Virus record (IMG/VR): IMGVR_UViG_3300026116_000003
Location: 1 to 64,000 of that record
Direction: 5' to 3' (one strand)
DNA: 64,000 nt
DNA from: a virus
The translations under genes were made by a program, and so were the position numbers. The notes under the pieces are model-generated. The model had not been told where the DNA came from. It was given only the letters and a program-made list of their open reading frames with translations, and ran no database searches. Below are positions 26,469 to 36,678 of this stretch, in pieces (within the stretch, counting starts at the first letter, position 1; every line of letters begins with the position of its first letter).

Positions 26469-27094
26469 GACCCTGCCCGCCCGATAGAGACCCTATGTTT
26501 TGGAGGGAAGATGAGGAGAATAGAATGACGGACCTTGCTGCCGAAGAAAAAGAAATAGTCGAGCTGGCCCTCCGCTTGTCCCACTTAAAAGGGGCAGTCG
26601 AGGACGAGACCGAGGCGCTAAAGAAAGCGGAGCGCACCTTGCAGCGCACGCAGGAGGCGCAAGAGATACTTCAACTCATCGCCCAAGCCGTCCAGCAGCA
26701 AGCTCACGAAAAGATTTCCACCGTAGTTACCAAATGCCTCGAGTCCGTCTTTGAAGACCCTTACGCTTTCAAAATAGAGTTTGAACGTAAGCGGGGACGG
26801 ACCGAGGCAACCTTACGCTTCGTCCGGCGAGAGCTCGACGCGGACCCGCTCAGCTCGACTGGCGGCGGCGTGGTCGACATCGCTGCTTTCGCTTTGCGCG
26901 TCGCTTGCTTGATGCTCCATCGCCCTCGCTTGAGCCGAGTCGTTATCCTAGACGAGCCGTTCAAGTTTGTTAGCGCTCAGTATCGAGAGAATATGCGGAC
27001 GATGCTGGAAGAGCTGGCTAAGGATTTGCAGATTCAAATTGTAATGGTTACTCATTCCGAAGAGTATGAAACCGGAAAAATAATCGAGTTATGA
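26465..27094 (+). CDS. Rad50/SbcC-like ATPase, C-terminal half
   Basis: signature STGGG, Walker B ILDEPF, H-loop MVTHS. Confidence 0.85.
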   Translation: MRPCPPDRDPMFWREDEENRMTDLAAEEKEIVELALRLSHLKGAVEDETEALKKAERTLQRTQEAQEILQLIAQAVQQQAHEKISTVVTKCLESVFEDPYAFKIEFERKRGRTEATLRFVRRELDADPLSSTGGGVVDIAAFALRVACLMLHRPRLSRVVILDEPFKFVSAQYRENMRTMLEELAKDLQIQIVMVTHSEEYETGKIIEL

Positions 27095-27288
27095 AGCCGC
27101 TAGAAGACTTATCCCCAATGCCCTTCGGCAAACATAAGGGCGCTCCTATGCAAGACGTGCCAGCTTCTTACCTGCACTGGCTTTGGACCAACGGCCTGAG
27201 TAAAGATAAACAAAGCTCCGTCGCTGACTATATCCGGCGGAACTTGCACGCTTTGAAACAAGACCATCCAGACGGAATTTGGGATTGA
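27091..27288 (+). CDS. DUF3820-like small protein
   Basis: MPFGKHKG.PMQDVPASYL.W. Confidence 0.8.
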   Translation: MKPLEDLSPMPFGKHKGAPMQDVPASYLHWLWTNGLSKDKQSSVADYIRRNLHALKQDHPDGIWD

Positions 27289-27463
27289 TTCGGTAGCCTC
27301 TCCCACTGCAAGCTTTGCAGTGGTGTCCGTTGACTAAACACGAAGCGTCAAAAGCTCTCCCCGTCCCGTAGCAGGCTGCACAAGGAGCCACCTTCTTGTT
27401 CTGAGACGTCCCTCTCATGCCCGCAAATTAGCAGACTGGGGACTATCTGCAAGAACTTTTTAG

Positions 27464-30400
27464 CTAGGCGGGGTAGGCGGGAATAGTTTGCTGAGCGGTA
27501 ATATTGACGAAAGCTCCGTCTCCGTTCGCGTCGAATACGCTCACGCGCCAGTAGTGTAGCGCGTGCGCTCCGTCCGAGTCCAGCGGGAGGCAGACGATGG
27601 TGGACGTCGGAATCTCGCTGGCTTCCTCGTCAATCAGAGGAGTAACTGTCTCCGGGTCGAAGCTCTCCGTTTCCGACAGCCACAAAATCCATCCGACTAG
27701 ATTGCTTACCGCGGGGACCGTCCAGCTTAGCACATAGCACACTTGGTCACTCTCTTCGCTGTCAATAACCGCGCTTAGCGCAGTCGGAGGCGTGGGGACG
27801 ATAGCGAGACTGCTAATCTCCAGCGAGCCGTAAACCCACTCTCCTTGCCCTTCGTTGACTCCGGCCACGCGCACGTAGAACGTCCCGAGCAGGACTTGCA
27901 GCTGAATGGACGTGCGCGTAAGGACTCCGCGCTCCTGCCAGTTCTCTCCGTCTTCGCTCGTCTGCACGATGTAATACTGAGCGCCATACGCTGGCGGCCA
28001 GAGCACTTGCACGAGCGACGCCACGCCGCCGATTTGAGTAACCGTTACCGAGTCGACTGTTGGCAGCGCCGGAACTTCTGGCGCCGCCGGCGGCAAGTTG
28101 AGCACCGGCGCTTCCAGGGAGTCGAAAGAATAAATCAAGTCATTGCTATTGGCAGCGGAGATTCTAATCCGCTCTCCACCGAGCGGCTCCACTCGAACCA
28201 CGCGCCAGTAGCGAGTCACTTCGGCCACTGTGCCGAATACGAATAGCATCGGCTCGGTCTGCCCTCCGAGCAGGAAGTCCATAGCTGTTTCGTCCGACTG
28301 GATTTTTACCTGCTTCGGGTCGCTCGTCTCCCGCGCGATAAAGGGCCCAATTACCTCTCCGGCTCTCCCGCGCAACGCAATTTGATACTCGGCTGTCTCG
28401 GCGAAGTCCAGCGGCTCTGATACATACAAGTTATACCAGTTGTCTCCCATGTGAATAGCGTTGACTATGTAGCCAGCCTGCGCCCAGTTCGGCACGTCAT
28501 GAGCGAAAGCAAACAAGTCTCCGTAAGAAAGAATATGGCCTTCCAATCCAGTCTCAAACGTAATATTGTCCCGAAGGTATTTGTCTACGGCCAGCAAGTA
28601 AAGCGCTTCGCGGTAAGCGCGAGTCCGGTCCTGGCACCCGATGAACCGGATATTTTGCGGCCGGTCTGTAGTGCCACCTGGTAGCGTGGCGTGAACTTGT
28701 TCCTGCTTGTAGCCAGTATCGGGGTCTGTATATTCCATCAGGATGGAATCAAACTCGCCCAAGTCCCAAAGCTTTATCGACCAATCAAAACTATCCTTGA
28801 TGATATTGTCGGGAGTAAATAGCGTGACTGGAATCTCTGCAGCAGCGTCCCGCTTCATCGAGATAAGCGAACCGACGAGCATCGGCACAGCTCGGCCAAC
28901 TCTAGCTACCGCCCGAGCTGCTTCCCATACTGTAATGGCGTCTCGAAAAGTGAAGTCAAAGTAGTCCCCACGGTCGCTATAAATAGCGTCCAGCGCTTCC
29001 AGCGCATCCCAGTCAAAGAACACGTCGTCGGTAATCCGAGCGCCGTAAGTACTCCAGAAGATATCAACGAAAGCCCACACAATGCTCCGCGTGGCTACCG
29101 GAAGGATAATCGTCATCCCGTCGGAATCCCTACTGATAAGGAGCTTGCGCGTGCAAAGGACGTTGAGTTGCTTTTGGCTTTGAGAATTAAGGTTGTTCGT
29201 TGCGCGAATGATTACTGCGAGCATCGTCACCGCTCCGAATACCGGGTCTTCGTTCAAGTAAGTCCGCATCCCCGCCCACTCGGCTTCGTGTCCAGAACGG
29301 TAAGAGTCATCGAACGTATCCGTCCGCCGCATCCGGACTTCGTAGCGGGCGGCAGTAACTGAAGTGCGATACGTCTTGCGCTGTGGCGTCGTAGTGGTCC
29401 CGGTAATCGTCAGCGCTGTAGTGGAAGTGGAAATCGTAGTAACAGTCTTGGTTACTCCTTCCCGGTCGGTCGGGTCGTTATCTCCAGCGTCGCTATAGAC
29501 GGTAGTCACTGTCCCTTCTGGCGGGTCGCCACCAGCCCACGGAACGTAAGTAGTGGAAGTGTGAGCCCAAACCCAGGTAATCGACGGAGCCCCGCGCCAG
29601 ATGAGCGAGCGGGAAGTAGCAGTATAAACTTCTACTTGCTTGCCGATAAAGATATCTGCCCAAGCTCCGACCGGGTCGCCGGCGTCGTCGATGGTCCGCG
29701 CTTGCACTTGAATGGTAATGGAACGCGGAGACAAGCTGCCGTCGTCGTTGGCGTGGTAGAGTCCTTTAGGGAATAGCAAGTCCACCTGCAGCTGCACGGC
29801 TTCTGTATTTGCGGGGTTAGCCACGAACGGACCAATCCAACCATCTGGCAGAGGGTAGTCCTCTTGAGTAGCCGCAAGAACTTTCTGGCCGCCGGCTTCT
29901 GCTGAAGTATAGACGTTGGTCGGGAAGATAGTCACCTGCCCCGCTGGAGGGATTACTTCATACTGCACTTCCTGAAAGTTGGAGAGTAGCGTATCTCCGA
30001 TTTTTATTTCCTCTATTTCATACTCCCCTTGCCCCAGGCAGAACAAGCTGAATTGGTATTGGTCATTGTCGCGGTATTCATAGTAGGGCCGCGCCGCGTA
30101 GGAAGGGTAGACTCGATTTCTCCCATAGTTGCATTCAATCGGCTCGGCCAGCCGGATGGAATTCGCCTGCCCCTTGATGGTATAAACGGGGTCGCTAGCC
30201 GGAGCTTCTCCAGGAGTCGTCGGAGTCGGCGTCGACATCAGCAGCGTGACTCCGAGCATTACGATGGTAATGACGATGGAGATAATGGCTATCCAGGTGG
30301 CGGGGCATCCAGGCAACGTAAGGAAGTTAACCACGTCGTCTGGTTTGAGCAGGTAATCCCAGCCAGCTCGCAGCAACGGGTCTCCGTTGACGACACAAAT

Positions 30401-30532
30401 AGTCGGGTGGTCAAAGTCCGGAGCTCTCAAGAAAGACTTCACCCACTCGCGGACAGATATCCCCGCTTCCACTATGTGCTTCTCGGACTTCGCTGGCTCA
30501 AAAGCGTTCGGCGTATAAATTACGTAGGCCAT
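27464..30532 (-). CDS. tail tip / host specificity protein (lambda J-like)
   Basis: PIECNYGRNRVYP, FCLGQGEYEI, YEVRMRR, ARVGRAVP, FN3-like C-terminus. Confidence 0.88.
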   Translation of the reverse strand: MAYVIYTPNAFEPAKSEKHIVEAGISVREWVKSFLRAPDFDHPTICVVNGDPLLRAGWDYLLKPDDVVNFLTLPGCPATWIAIISIVITIVMLGVTLLMSTPTPTTPGEAPASDPVYTIKGQANSIRLAEPIECNYGRNRVYPSYAARPYYEYRDNDQYQFSLFCLGQGEYEIEEIKIGDTLLSNFQEVQYEVIPPAGQVTIFPTNVYTSAEAGGQKVLAATQEDYPLPDGWIGPFVANPANTEAVQLQVDLLFPKGLYHANDDGSLSPRSITIQVQARTIDDAGDPVGAWADIFIGKQVEVYTATSRSLIWRGAPSITWVWAHTSTTYVPWAGGDPPEGTVTTVYSDAGDNDPTDREGVTKTVTTISTSTTALTITGTTTTPQRKTYRTSVTAARYEVRMRRTDTFDDSYRSGHEAEWAGMRTYLNEDPVFGAVTMLAVIIRATNNLNSQSQKQLNVLCTRKLLISRDSDGMTIILPVATRSIVWAFVDIFWSTYGARITDDVFFDWDALEALDAIYSDRGDYFDFTFRDAITVWEAARAVARVGRAVPMLVGSLISMKRDAAAEIPVTLFTPDNIIKDSFDWSIKLWDLGEFDSILMEYTDPDTGYKQEQVHATLPGGTTDRPQNIRFIGCQDRTRAYREALYLLAVDKYLRDNITFETGLEGHILSYGDLFAFAHDVPNWAQAGYIVNAIHMGDNWYNLYVSEPLDFAETAEYQIALRGRAGEVIGPFIARETSDPKQVKIQSDETAMDFLLGGQTEPMLFVFGTVAEVTRYWRVVRVEPLGGERIRISAANSNDLIYSFDSLEAPVLNLPPAAPEVPALPTVDSVTVTQIGGVASLVQVLWPPAYGAQYYIVQTSEDGENWQERGVLTRTSIQLQVLLGTFYVRVAGVNEGQGEWVYGSLEISSLAIVPTPPTALSAVIDSEESDQVCYVLSWTVPAVSNLVGWILWLSETESFDPETVTPLIDEEASEIPTSTIVCLPLDSDGAHALHYWRVSVFDANGDGAFVNITAQQTIPAYPA

Positions 30533-30966
30533 AATTTGTGACGGTAGAATTTGATGACAAAGAACCCCTTCGGCCAAAGCCAATTCAAAGAGACTGCTTC
30601 GACATTTTGCGGCTGCAAACAATGAACGACTTTGCCACCGTCAGCTGCTGCCCAAATACCGACGTGGTGCAGGATAGTATTCTTGCTCATCGCTACTCCG
30701 CACCCGTCAATCGGCTTGGCAATCTCGGTCCACGAGGCGCTTTCCTGCTCAACGATTTCCCGGAGCATCTTAGCAGCCGGCTTCGTATTCCATGGAAGCC
30801 CCGGAACTTCCGGCAGCTCGATACCAAACTCCTCTTTGTAGACGAGTCGCAAGAGTCCCCAGCAATCCACGCCTTGCTTGTCTCGACCGCCCGCTACCCA
30901 AGGAATCGACAAATACTTGTAAATCCAATGTAACTTGTTCTTTATCAATGTGTTGCTTTGACTCAT
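30520..30966 (-). CDS. NlpC/P60 tail assembly protein (lambda K-like)
   Basis: GRDKQGVDCWGL...HVGIW...VH. Confidence 0.88.
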   Translation of the reverse strand: MSQSNTLIKNKLHWIYKYLSIPWVAGGRDKQGVDCWGLLRLVYKEEFGIELPEVPGLPWNTKPAAKMLREIVEQESASWTEIAKPIDGCGVAMSKNTILHHVGIWAAADGGKVVHCLQPQNVEAVSLNWLWPKGFFVIKFYRHKLWPT

Positions 30967-31090
30967 ACGCTAAAACGCAAGGAATTGAGATTTGCGCTCG
31001 CCCGGGAGCTTCGCTAGAGATTCTTCAACCGAACGCTTGAAAATCGCTCTTAGCGCAAAATCCGTTCGAAATTCGCTTAGATTCATACGC

Positions 31091-31594
31091 TTATCCCAAG
31101 CTCGGAAAGCGGTCCCGCGTATAGAGCTCTGAGGGGAACTTCTTGTTCACTACGTCCATGAACGTCGCTTTCCCCGTTACTTGCAATGTGCTAATTCGGA
31201 TATCTTTCAGGTAGAGAATCAGTGGCGGTATCATTTGCGGTCGTGACAAGTCGTCGCTCAAGAAAGGACGATAGACAACTTCCACCGGGACTTGCTCCGA
31301 CTTGGCAGTCTCTACGAAGTCTTTCACGCGCCGGCCTACATTGTCGATGGAAATATTGAGGCTCTGGAATCCTTGGTCGTCGGTCGGCGGCAAAGTAAAT
31401 TGGAATCCGACGGGCTCAAACTCGCGCACGTTTCCGTCTTCGTCCGTTGCCGTGATAGCTTGGTGACTACGGACAATAAAAACAGAGTCCTGCACTCCAG
31501 GCTGGCGTATCTCCAACGTATCGTAAATCACCACGCTCGAAGGGCAGGAAGCGAAAGCTTCCTTGATGGCATCTTGTAGAGAAGTGTTAGGCAT
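31091..31594 (-). CDS. minor tail protein (DUF1833, gpL-like)
   Basis: DTLEI, F.F.LP, ISIDNV, FPSELYT..RFPSL. Confidence 0.8.
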   Translation of the reverse strand: MPNTSLQDAIKEAFASCPSSVVIYDTLEIRQPGVQDSVFIVRSHQAITATDEDGNVREFEPVGFQFTLPPTDDQGFQSLNISIDNVGRRVKDFVETAKSEQVPVEVVYRPFLSDDLSRPQMIPPLILYLKDIRISTLQVTGKATFMDVVNKKFPSELYTRDRFPSLG

Positions 31595-31595
31595 G

Positions 31596-33305
31596 TTATG
31601 GAAGAGCTGAGAGGCGGAAGAAAGCATCCAAGTCCCCGTCGGCCGAAGTAGGGTCTACGGCTGCGTCCATCGCTTCGTCTACTGCCGCGTTGACAGCATC
31701 CGCTGTAGCGCCGGGGCCGCTTGTGTCGGGAGCTTCAATAATTATCGTCTCTCCGCCATACGTTATTTCCACCGTTCCGTTCATCGGTGGAATATCCCGC
31801 AAGACTAAAGCAGAACTGAAAATTGTATAACAGTATATCGTCGCCACTGATTCATAAATCGTATAACCGCCTCCCCAATCATCATACGGAGTAGTTCCAT
31901 GGTCGGGTTCGGGAACGCCGGGAGTAGTTACCGAGCTGCCCCGTTTGTAGCTGCTAAGCGGCACGCAATTCCCGGCGTCTTTAGCTGCCTGGGCTATAGC
32001 GAGGAGCGGGGCAATAGAACCTGGATAGCCTAAAGTTTGGCACGAGTCTCCAGCATACGTTGTGGTTTCAACTACATGATAGAAAAGCGGAGGAACACTA
32101 TCGGCTACGGGGAAACGGTGGAAGTCCGGCCCGCGGCACCCGCCTACAGAAACAGCGGCAGTCCCGAATATCATTCCGCTTTCTATCAAGTCCCACGTCC
32201 GGTCCAGCGCGATAACGAGGGGCGGCGACATACAACCGGTTCCGGTATCAATCGCCGCCGCTTTGTAGACTCCCGAAAAGCTTTCCTCCGATGGGTCTTG
32301 CGGCGTGGTTGGGCTAGAAGCGGTAGGAGTAGAGTTGTCACTGGTGACTCTTAATTCCGTGCCGGGCGGAAGGTTAAAAGTTGGCGCCCCTACTCCTGAC
32401 GCTTCGACGTTCATATCGTATCGCTCGCCAACCAACAAATAACTCCCTTCGGGAACAAGCAACGGAGCGTCAGTATGAGTCAACAAGCCCGGCGTCCCGC
32501 GCGTAGATACCGAAGCCCCGCTAAAAGAAGCAACGGTCGGAGCAGCGATATCCGGAGTGGCTACGGCAACCGCATCAGAATCTAGGCTAGTAAAGTCCCC
32601 GACTACCCGGTGAGCCCTTATGTTCCGCCCACCGTAATCGTTTTCCAAAGTAACCGAATCGACCACCGCCAAATCTTCCGGCTCCAGCAGGAGGAGCGTT
32701 TCATAGATGCCCGAGCCGGGCGCCGTCTCCACTTCTATTTCCAAAGAATCCCCGGGGCTCACATCTCCCCACGCCAGCGTAAGCGTCCGGTTGCACTCGC
32801 CCATCGTTAAGTCCAGCACCGGAATAAAAGGAATGTGGCCCGTCCCCTCCCAAGGCAAGTCGGGGTCTGCTCCCACCCAAGGAGCAAAGCTTCCCGCCCA
32901 GAAACCGGGGTTGAGAATCAGCCTGGTGGATATATCGCTCGCCAGTACAGTCGCCGTTACTTCAAACTCGTTGTCCCGTCGGCTAAATAAATACTGGCTA
33001 TCGAGGAACGCATACTCGCGGATTACTTCTGTCAGCAAGCCGGGGTTGACGTTCGGTGTATACGTAGTGGCTTCAAAGGGTAGCGAGCCGTTTTCCAAAT
33101 CCGTGTGGACATACTCTTCGAAGATTTCAAACTGGTCCAAGATAAACGTCCAAGTAACGTCAATCGTCTCCAGCGGGACCAGATACTTGCGACGGTTGCG
33201 GAGCCGGCCGGTCTCCATCTGCACAGCTTCAGAGCGCGGAGCAAACTTGGGCTGCCTGTTAATCCGGAAAACAGGCAGCGTCGAAGGCCAAACAGAAACG
33301 CTCAT
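31596..33305 (-). CDS. tail protein with distal-tail (gpM/Dit-like) N-terminus and long extension
   Basis: WPSTLP...METGRLRNRR...VTWTF...LENGSLPF. Confidence 0.65.
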   Translation of the reverse strand: MSVSVWPSTLPVFRINRQPKFAPRSEAVQMETGRLRNRRKYLVPLETIDVTWTFILDQFEIFEEYVHTDLENGSLPFEATTYTPNVNPGLLTEVIREYAFLDSQYLFSRRDNEFEVTATVLASDISTRLILNPGFWAGSFAPWVGADPDLPWEGTGHIPFIPVLDLTMGECNRTLTLAWGDVSPGDSLEIEVETAPGSGIYETLLLLEPEDLAVVDSVTLENDYGGRNIRAHRVVGDFTSLDSDAVAVATPDIAAPTVASFSGASVSTRGTPGLLTHTDAPLLVPEGSYLLVGERYDMNVEASGVGAPTFNLPPGTELRVTSDNSTPTASSPTTPQDPSEESFSGVYKAAAIDTGTGCMSPPLVIALDRTWDLIESGMIFGTAAVSVGGCRGPDFHRFPVADSVPPLFYHVVETTTYAGDSCQTLGYPGSIAPLLAIAQAAKDAGNCVPLSSYKRGSSVTTPGVPEPDHGTTPYDDWGGGYTIYESVATIYCYTIFSSALVLRDIPPMNGTVEITYGGETIIIEAPDTSGPGATADAVNAAVDEAMDAAVDPTSADGDLDAFFRLSALP

Positions 33306-33347
33306 TCCACGAATCTAAATCATCTGATTAGCGATACAAGCAAGAAA

Positions 33348-33971
33348 CTAGGCAGCCTTCTTTCTCTTGTCAGCCATCTGCGTGGCGTGCGCTGCCCACC
33401 ATGCCGCCGCTACCAGCTTGCGAGCCGCGCGAGTGCGGATAAGGTAGTCAGTCCGATGCTGACGCTTTAGTTCGGGAGTAAGGCGATACCGGCCGACTCG
33501 TCGTTGAGCAAGACAAAGAGCGGAGCAAGTCGTTCGGCCTTTAGTGCACTGATTGCCGCATACGACGCACAAGCGCAGCTTTACAATACGCTTAGCTCGT
33601 GGAGTCTCTGTAATCCGTTCGGCCTTGAGCTTGGGCGCGACGGAAGGTAGCTTCGACGCTGGCTCTTCGTATTTGCGTTCCGGACGGAGATAGGACTTGG
33701 GCGTAAGCAAATGAGCTACTCGGTCGAAAGCCGCGTTGAGATTCTGCGCTTGTTCTATATTGCCGCCCTTGTCGGGGTGGTCGGTCTTTATCCGGCTCCA
33801 CCAAACCGAACGGCAATCGCGCAGTACCCAACTTCTTTCTTCCGCGTCCAGGCGGGAAAGCTCCAAACGGTTTCGCTTTATACCGAATAGAGCGAGCAAC
33901 GAAACCAACGTCATCCGGTCGATAGCAGACTTCGGCCGGATAGCTAAGCGCCGGGGAGCAGTAAGCGTCAC
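33348..33971 (-). CDS. J-domain-like (HPD) and zinc-ribbon basic protein
   Basis: HPDKGG....QNLNAAF; CVVCG...CSALC. Confidence 0.55.
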   Translation of the reverse strand: MTLTAPRRLAIRPKSAIDRMTLVSLLALFGIKRNRLELSRLDAEERSWVLRDCRSVWWSRIKTDHPDKGGNIEQAQNLNAAFDRVAHLLTPKSYLRPERKYEEPASKLPSVAPKLKAERITETPRAKRIVKLRLCVVCGNQCTKGRTTCSALCLAQRRVGRYRLTPELKRQHRTDYLIRTRAARKLVAAAWWAAHATQMADKRKKAA

Positions 33972-35647
33972 AGCTTTTGCGTCTCTACAATCAGAGACTT
34001 GATAAAGCCTAACGTCTGCTTGGTTTGCGGGTCCGTTGTTGCGTTCTGAGCTGCGGTAATTTGAGCGCTGAGTACTTCCAGCGGAGTCTGCGTATTCGGC
34101 ACAGGCGGAGGTGGAGGAGGCGGAGGCAGAGCAGCTGCAGTTCGTATCAAAACAAAGGCGCCGAATTCGGGGAACGTGCTAGGCACGGGCGTAGCCGCAG
34201 CACCGTAAGGAATCGAAGTCGAATGCCCAAACATATTGAGAGCTATCGTTCCGTCAGCCTGCACCGTAGCCGAGCTCACGTCTGAGTAATAGTTCTGGGC
34301 GTTACGGATATTCACAACGGTTCCGGGGAGCCAGCCGAGCGAAGCTACGTTGACAGCTAGCGCTGAAGCTTTGCTCCAGTTGTAAATACAAACATGGGCT
34401 CGATTAGCGTCATAAGCATTATTCTGCACGACGATTTTGGGGCTTGTTGGAGCAGCGCCCACCGTCGAATTCAAATCGTAGCCCGTCTTCGTGCGCCAAG
34501 CTGCCAGCGATACGGCGCCCGTTCCCATGTCGAACACGGGCGCAGTGGGCGAAGAGAAGACGTAATTATTCCGGTCAAAGCTCCAGGGGATTACTACGCC
34601 GTTATTGAGAACAAGCGATACGTTCCCGTAAGTAACGTCTGCTTCGTCAATCAGAGTGTTGCCGGTAAAAGTAAGAGTTTTCCAGCTGCCCAACCCTACT
34701 TTGCATTTCACCAAGTAGTTGTTCGTCACCACCAGGTCTCGATAGGCGTTGGCGTCGGGCTGATAAACGGTATTAAGGTCTGCTCCGTAAAAGCAGTTGT
34801 TGGTGATTTGGTTATCGACGACACGGTCAGCCACCCCGCCAGTACGAGTCCCAATAAGGACTTCTCCACGCTGGCCTTGCAGTCCAACGGCAAAGTTTTC
34901 ATCGAAGCGGAAGTGCGAGCATTCGGCGATAGAGCTTCCATACATTTGAGCGTTCCGGTCGAAAGGGGAAACGAGCAAGTTGCGCTTGATTATTTTATAG
35001 CCAGACCACGTAGCTCCGTGCTGGAGATACAAATTGTGCCCGTGCTGGTGCGTGCTTCCCTGCCAGCCGTTATTGTAAATCAAACACCCGTAAATTTCAG
35101 CTTGCTTGCTCTGCGTCCAGGCGGAGATTCCCGTGCTCAAGTCATGCACGATACAGTTCAAGATTTTAACTCCGCTACCGTAGATGTTGATTCCGTCGCT
35201 ACGGGTAAGGTCGAGTGGGAAACTCGTATCGTCGGTGGACTGCCGTTTCTCCAAAGAGCTGGAGAATACTTCCAAGTCTTGCAGCGTAACAAAGTTCCCC
35301 AGGCTGGCGTCGCTCGGGTCTCCGACTTTAATAGTCGGCCGCGCCATAGCGTGATAGCTAAGAGCCCCGCCGCCAAACGCTCCGCCGTCTATCCGAGCCT
35401 GTTCGCCCGGATAGCCGCGGAACGTGATGGGAGCGCCGGAAGAGCCGGACACACTGACGCGGAAAATATAACCCTCGTAATTCAAAGCGACGGCTTGCGG
35501 CGTATGAACGTAGACTCCGCCCCGCAACCAAACTAAATCTCCAGGCTGAACCAGCGGGCTATCGAAAGCCGTCTGCAAGTCCAGCGGGGAACTTATCAAG
35601 CCAGAGCCATTGGGAGAGCCATTCGGAGAAACGTAGAGGGTTTTCAT
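33968..35647 (-). CDS. right-handed parallel beta-helix protein (putative depolymerase)
   Basis: LYVSPNG, PGDLVWLRGGVY, PITFRGYPGEQARIDG, HGHNLY, Asn-ladder repeats, poly-Pro linker. Confidence 0.8.
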   Translation of the reverse strand: MKTLYVSPNGSPNGSGLISSPLDLQTAFDSPLVQPGDLVWLRGGVYVHTPQAVALNYEGYIFRVSVSGSSGAPITFRGYPGEQARIDGGAFGGGALSYHAMARPTIKVGDPSDASLGNFVTLQDLEVFSSSLEKRQSTDDTSFPLDLTRSDGINIYGSGVKILNCIVHDLSTGISAWTQSKQAEIYGCLIYNNGWQGSTHQHGHNLYLQHGATWSGYKIIKRNLLVSPFDRNAQMYGSSIAECSHFRFDENFAVGLQGQRGEVLIGTRTGGVADRVVDNQITNNCFYGADLNTVYQPDANAYRDLVVTNNYLVKCKVGLGSWKTLTFTGNTLIDEADVTYGNVSLVLNNGVVIPWSFDRNNYVFSSPTAPVFDMGTGAVSLAAWRTKTGYDLNSTVGAAPTSPKIVVQNNAYDANRAHVCIYNWSKASALAVNVASLGWLPGTVVNIRNAQNYYSDVSSATVQADGTIALNMFGHSTSIPYGAAATPVPSTFPEFGAFVLIRTAAALPPPPPPPPVPNTQTPLEVLSAQITAAQNATTDPQTKQTLGFIKSLIVETQKL

Positions 35648-35751
35648 TTAGAGGACTGGCCGGGAGTCTTTCAGTATCCCGGCCAGCATAACCTGCGGCG
35701 GAATTAGCATTTAATCTTTTTCATTTTGGTGCGCTACAGGGTGGAGGAGGG

Positions 35752-35940
35752 TTATGAAATAATACCACGCTGAGCGTCAGTCTTCGCGTATTCCTGTTCC
35801 CAAATACCTTTGACGCGATTGCGCTCAGCTTGAGCTTCTTCAGCTGTCATCTCGCCCTTTGCTTCTGCACTCTTGGTAATCGATATCCACAACTGAACCA
35901 AGTGAGTAATGGCAGAGATTATCCATTCATAGTTTTTCAT
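35752..35940 (-). CDS. hypothetical protein
   Basis: short ORF downstream of the lipoprotein. Confidence 0.5.
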   Translation of the reverse strand: MKNYEWIISAITHLVQLWISITKSAEAKGEMTAEEAQAERNRVKGIWEQEYAKTDAQRGIIS

Positions 35941-35941
35941 A

Positions 35942-36418
35942 TTATTTCTTTTCGTTGGTTTGATAACTCAGCGCAGACGCGATGGCGCTTTGCAGCACCG
36001 CGAGGATTTGCTGCAGGTTAGTTTTAGCTTCTGGAGCGCCCCGATTGCTTTGGTAAGCGACTTTCGCCTTGTCGAGGTCGTTAATCCAAGTCTCGCCGTG
36101 AGCGCGGACTTCTTCAGCGAGCTTGTGGATAGCTGGCGACTTGGCGGCGAGCGTGGCTTCATTGTTACGTTCAAACTCCATAAACGATTTGAACGTATCG
36201 GCAGCCACTTTCCCCGTTTTCTCGGCGGCCACGACAAGCTTGTCAGCTTGAGCGTCCTTATCGTAGACGCCAGTACTCGGGTTGTAAGTCCCCGTCTGCG
36301 TGCCAGCGCAGCCCGAGCAACCGACAAGGACCGCCGCCAAAGGCGGCATAAGAAGGAGGGAAGGAGTTGCGAGTGCGAGAGTCCCGGCCAGCATTAGTGA
36401 ACTTAGAAGTTTCTTCAT
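35942..36418 (-). CDS. putative lipoprotein
   Basis: hydrophobic signal with lipobox LVGC. Confidence 0.65.
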   Translation of the reverse strand: MKKLLSSLMLAGTLALATPSLLLMPPLAAVLVGCSGCAGTQTGTYNPSTGVYDKDAQADKLVVAAEKTGKVAADTFKSFMEFERNNEATLAAKSPAIHKLAEEVRAHGETWINDLDKAKVAYQSNRGAPEAKTNLQQILAVLQSAIASALSYQTNEKK

Positions 36419-36457
36419 ATTGACATAGTAAGTTCCTTATCGACTAGAGACAAGCTA

Positions 36458-36498
36458 ATAAAAAACCCGCCCAGAAGGGCCACTTCCAGACGGGTTTG
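36458..36498 (-). terminator. intrinsic terminator
   Basis: AAACCCGTCTGGAAG-TGGCC-CTTCTGGGCGGGTTTTTTATT. Confidence 0.65.
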
Positions 36499-36678
36499 AA
36501 CACCCAGACTTTCAGAGCTGTTTTTTTCTAGTGGCTGGCAGCTCTGTTTGACCAGTCACTAATTTTGAAGCTCTATCGATACGCGGCGGCGGAAGGCGGT
36601 CGAGTTTATCCAAAATCTTCCTTACGTCCCTAGCTAGCTGGTCGATTGCGTCCAGCATCCGTTGTTCTTCGTTAGAGG

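Noticed and set aside
30967-31090. Intergenic stretch with short semi-repeats (aaatcgct, cttagcg)
   Set aside because: Could not be aligned convincingly to the dispersed repeat family or folded into a clear structure.
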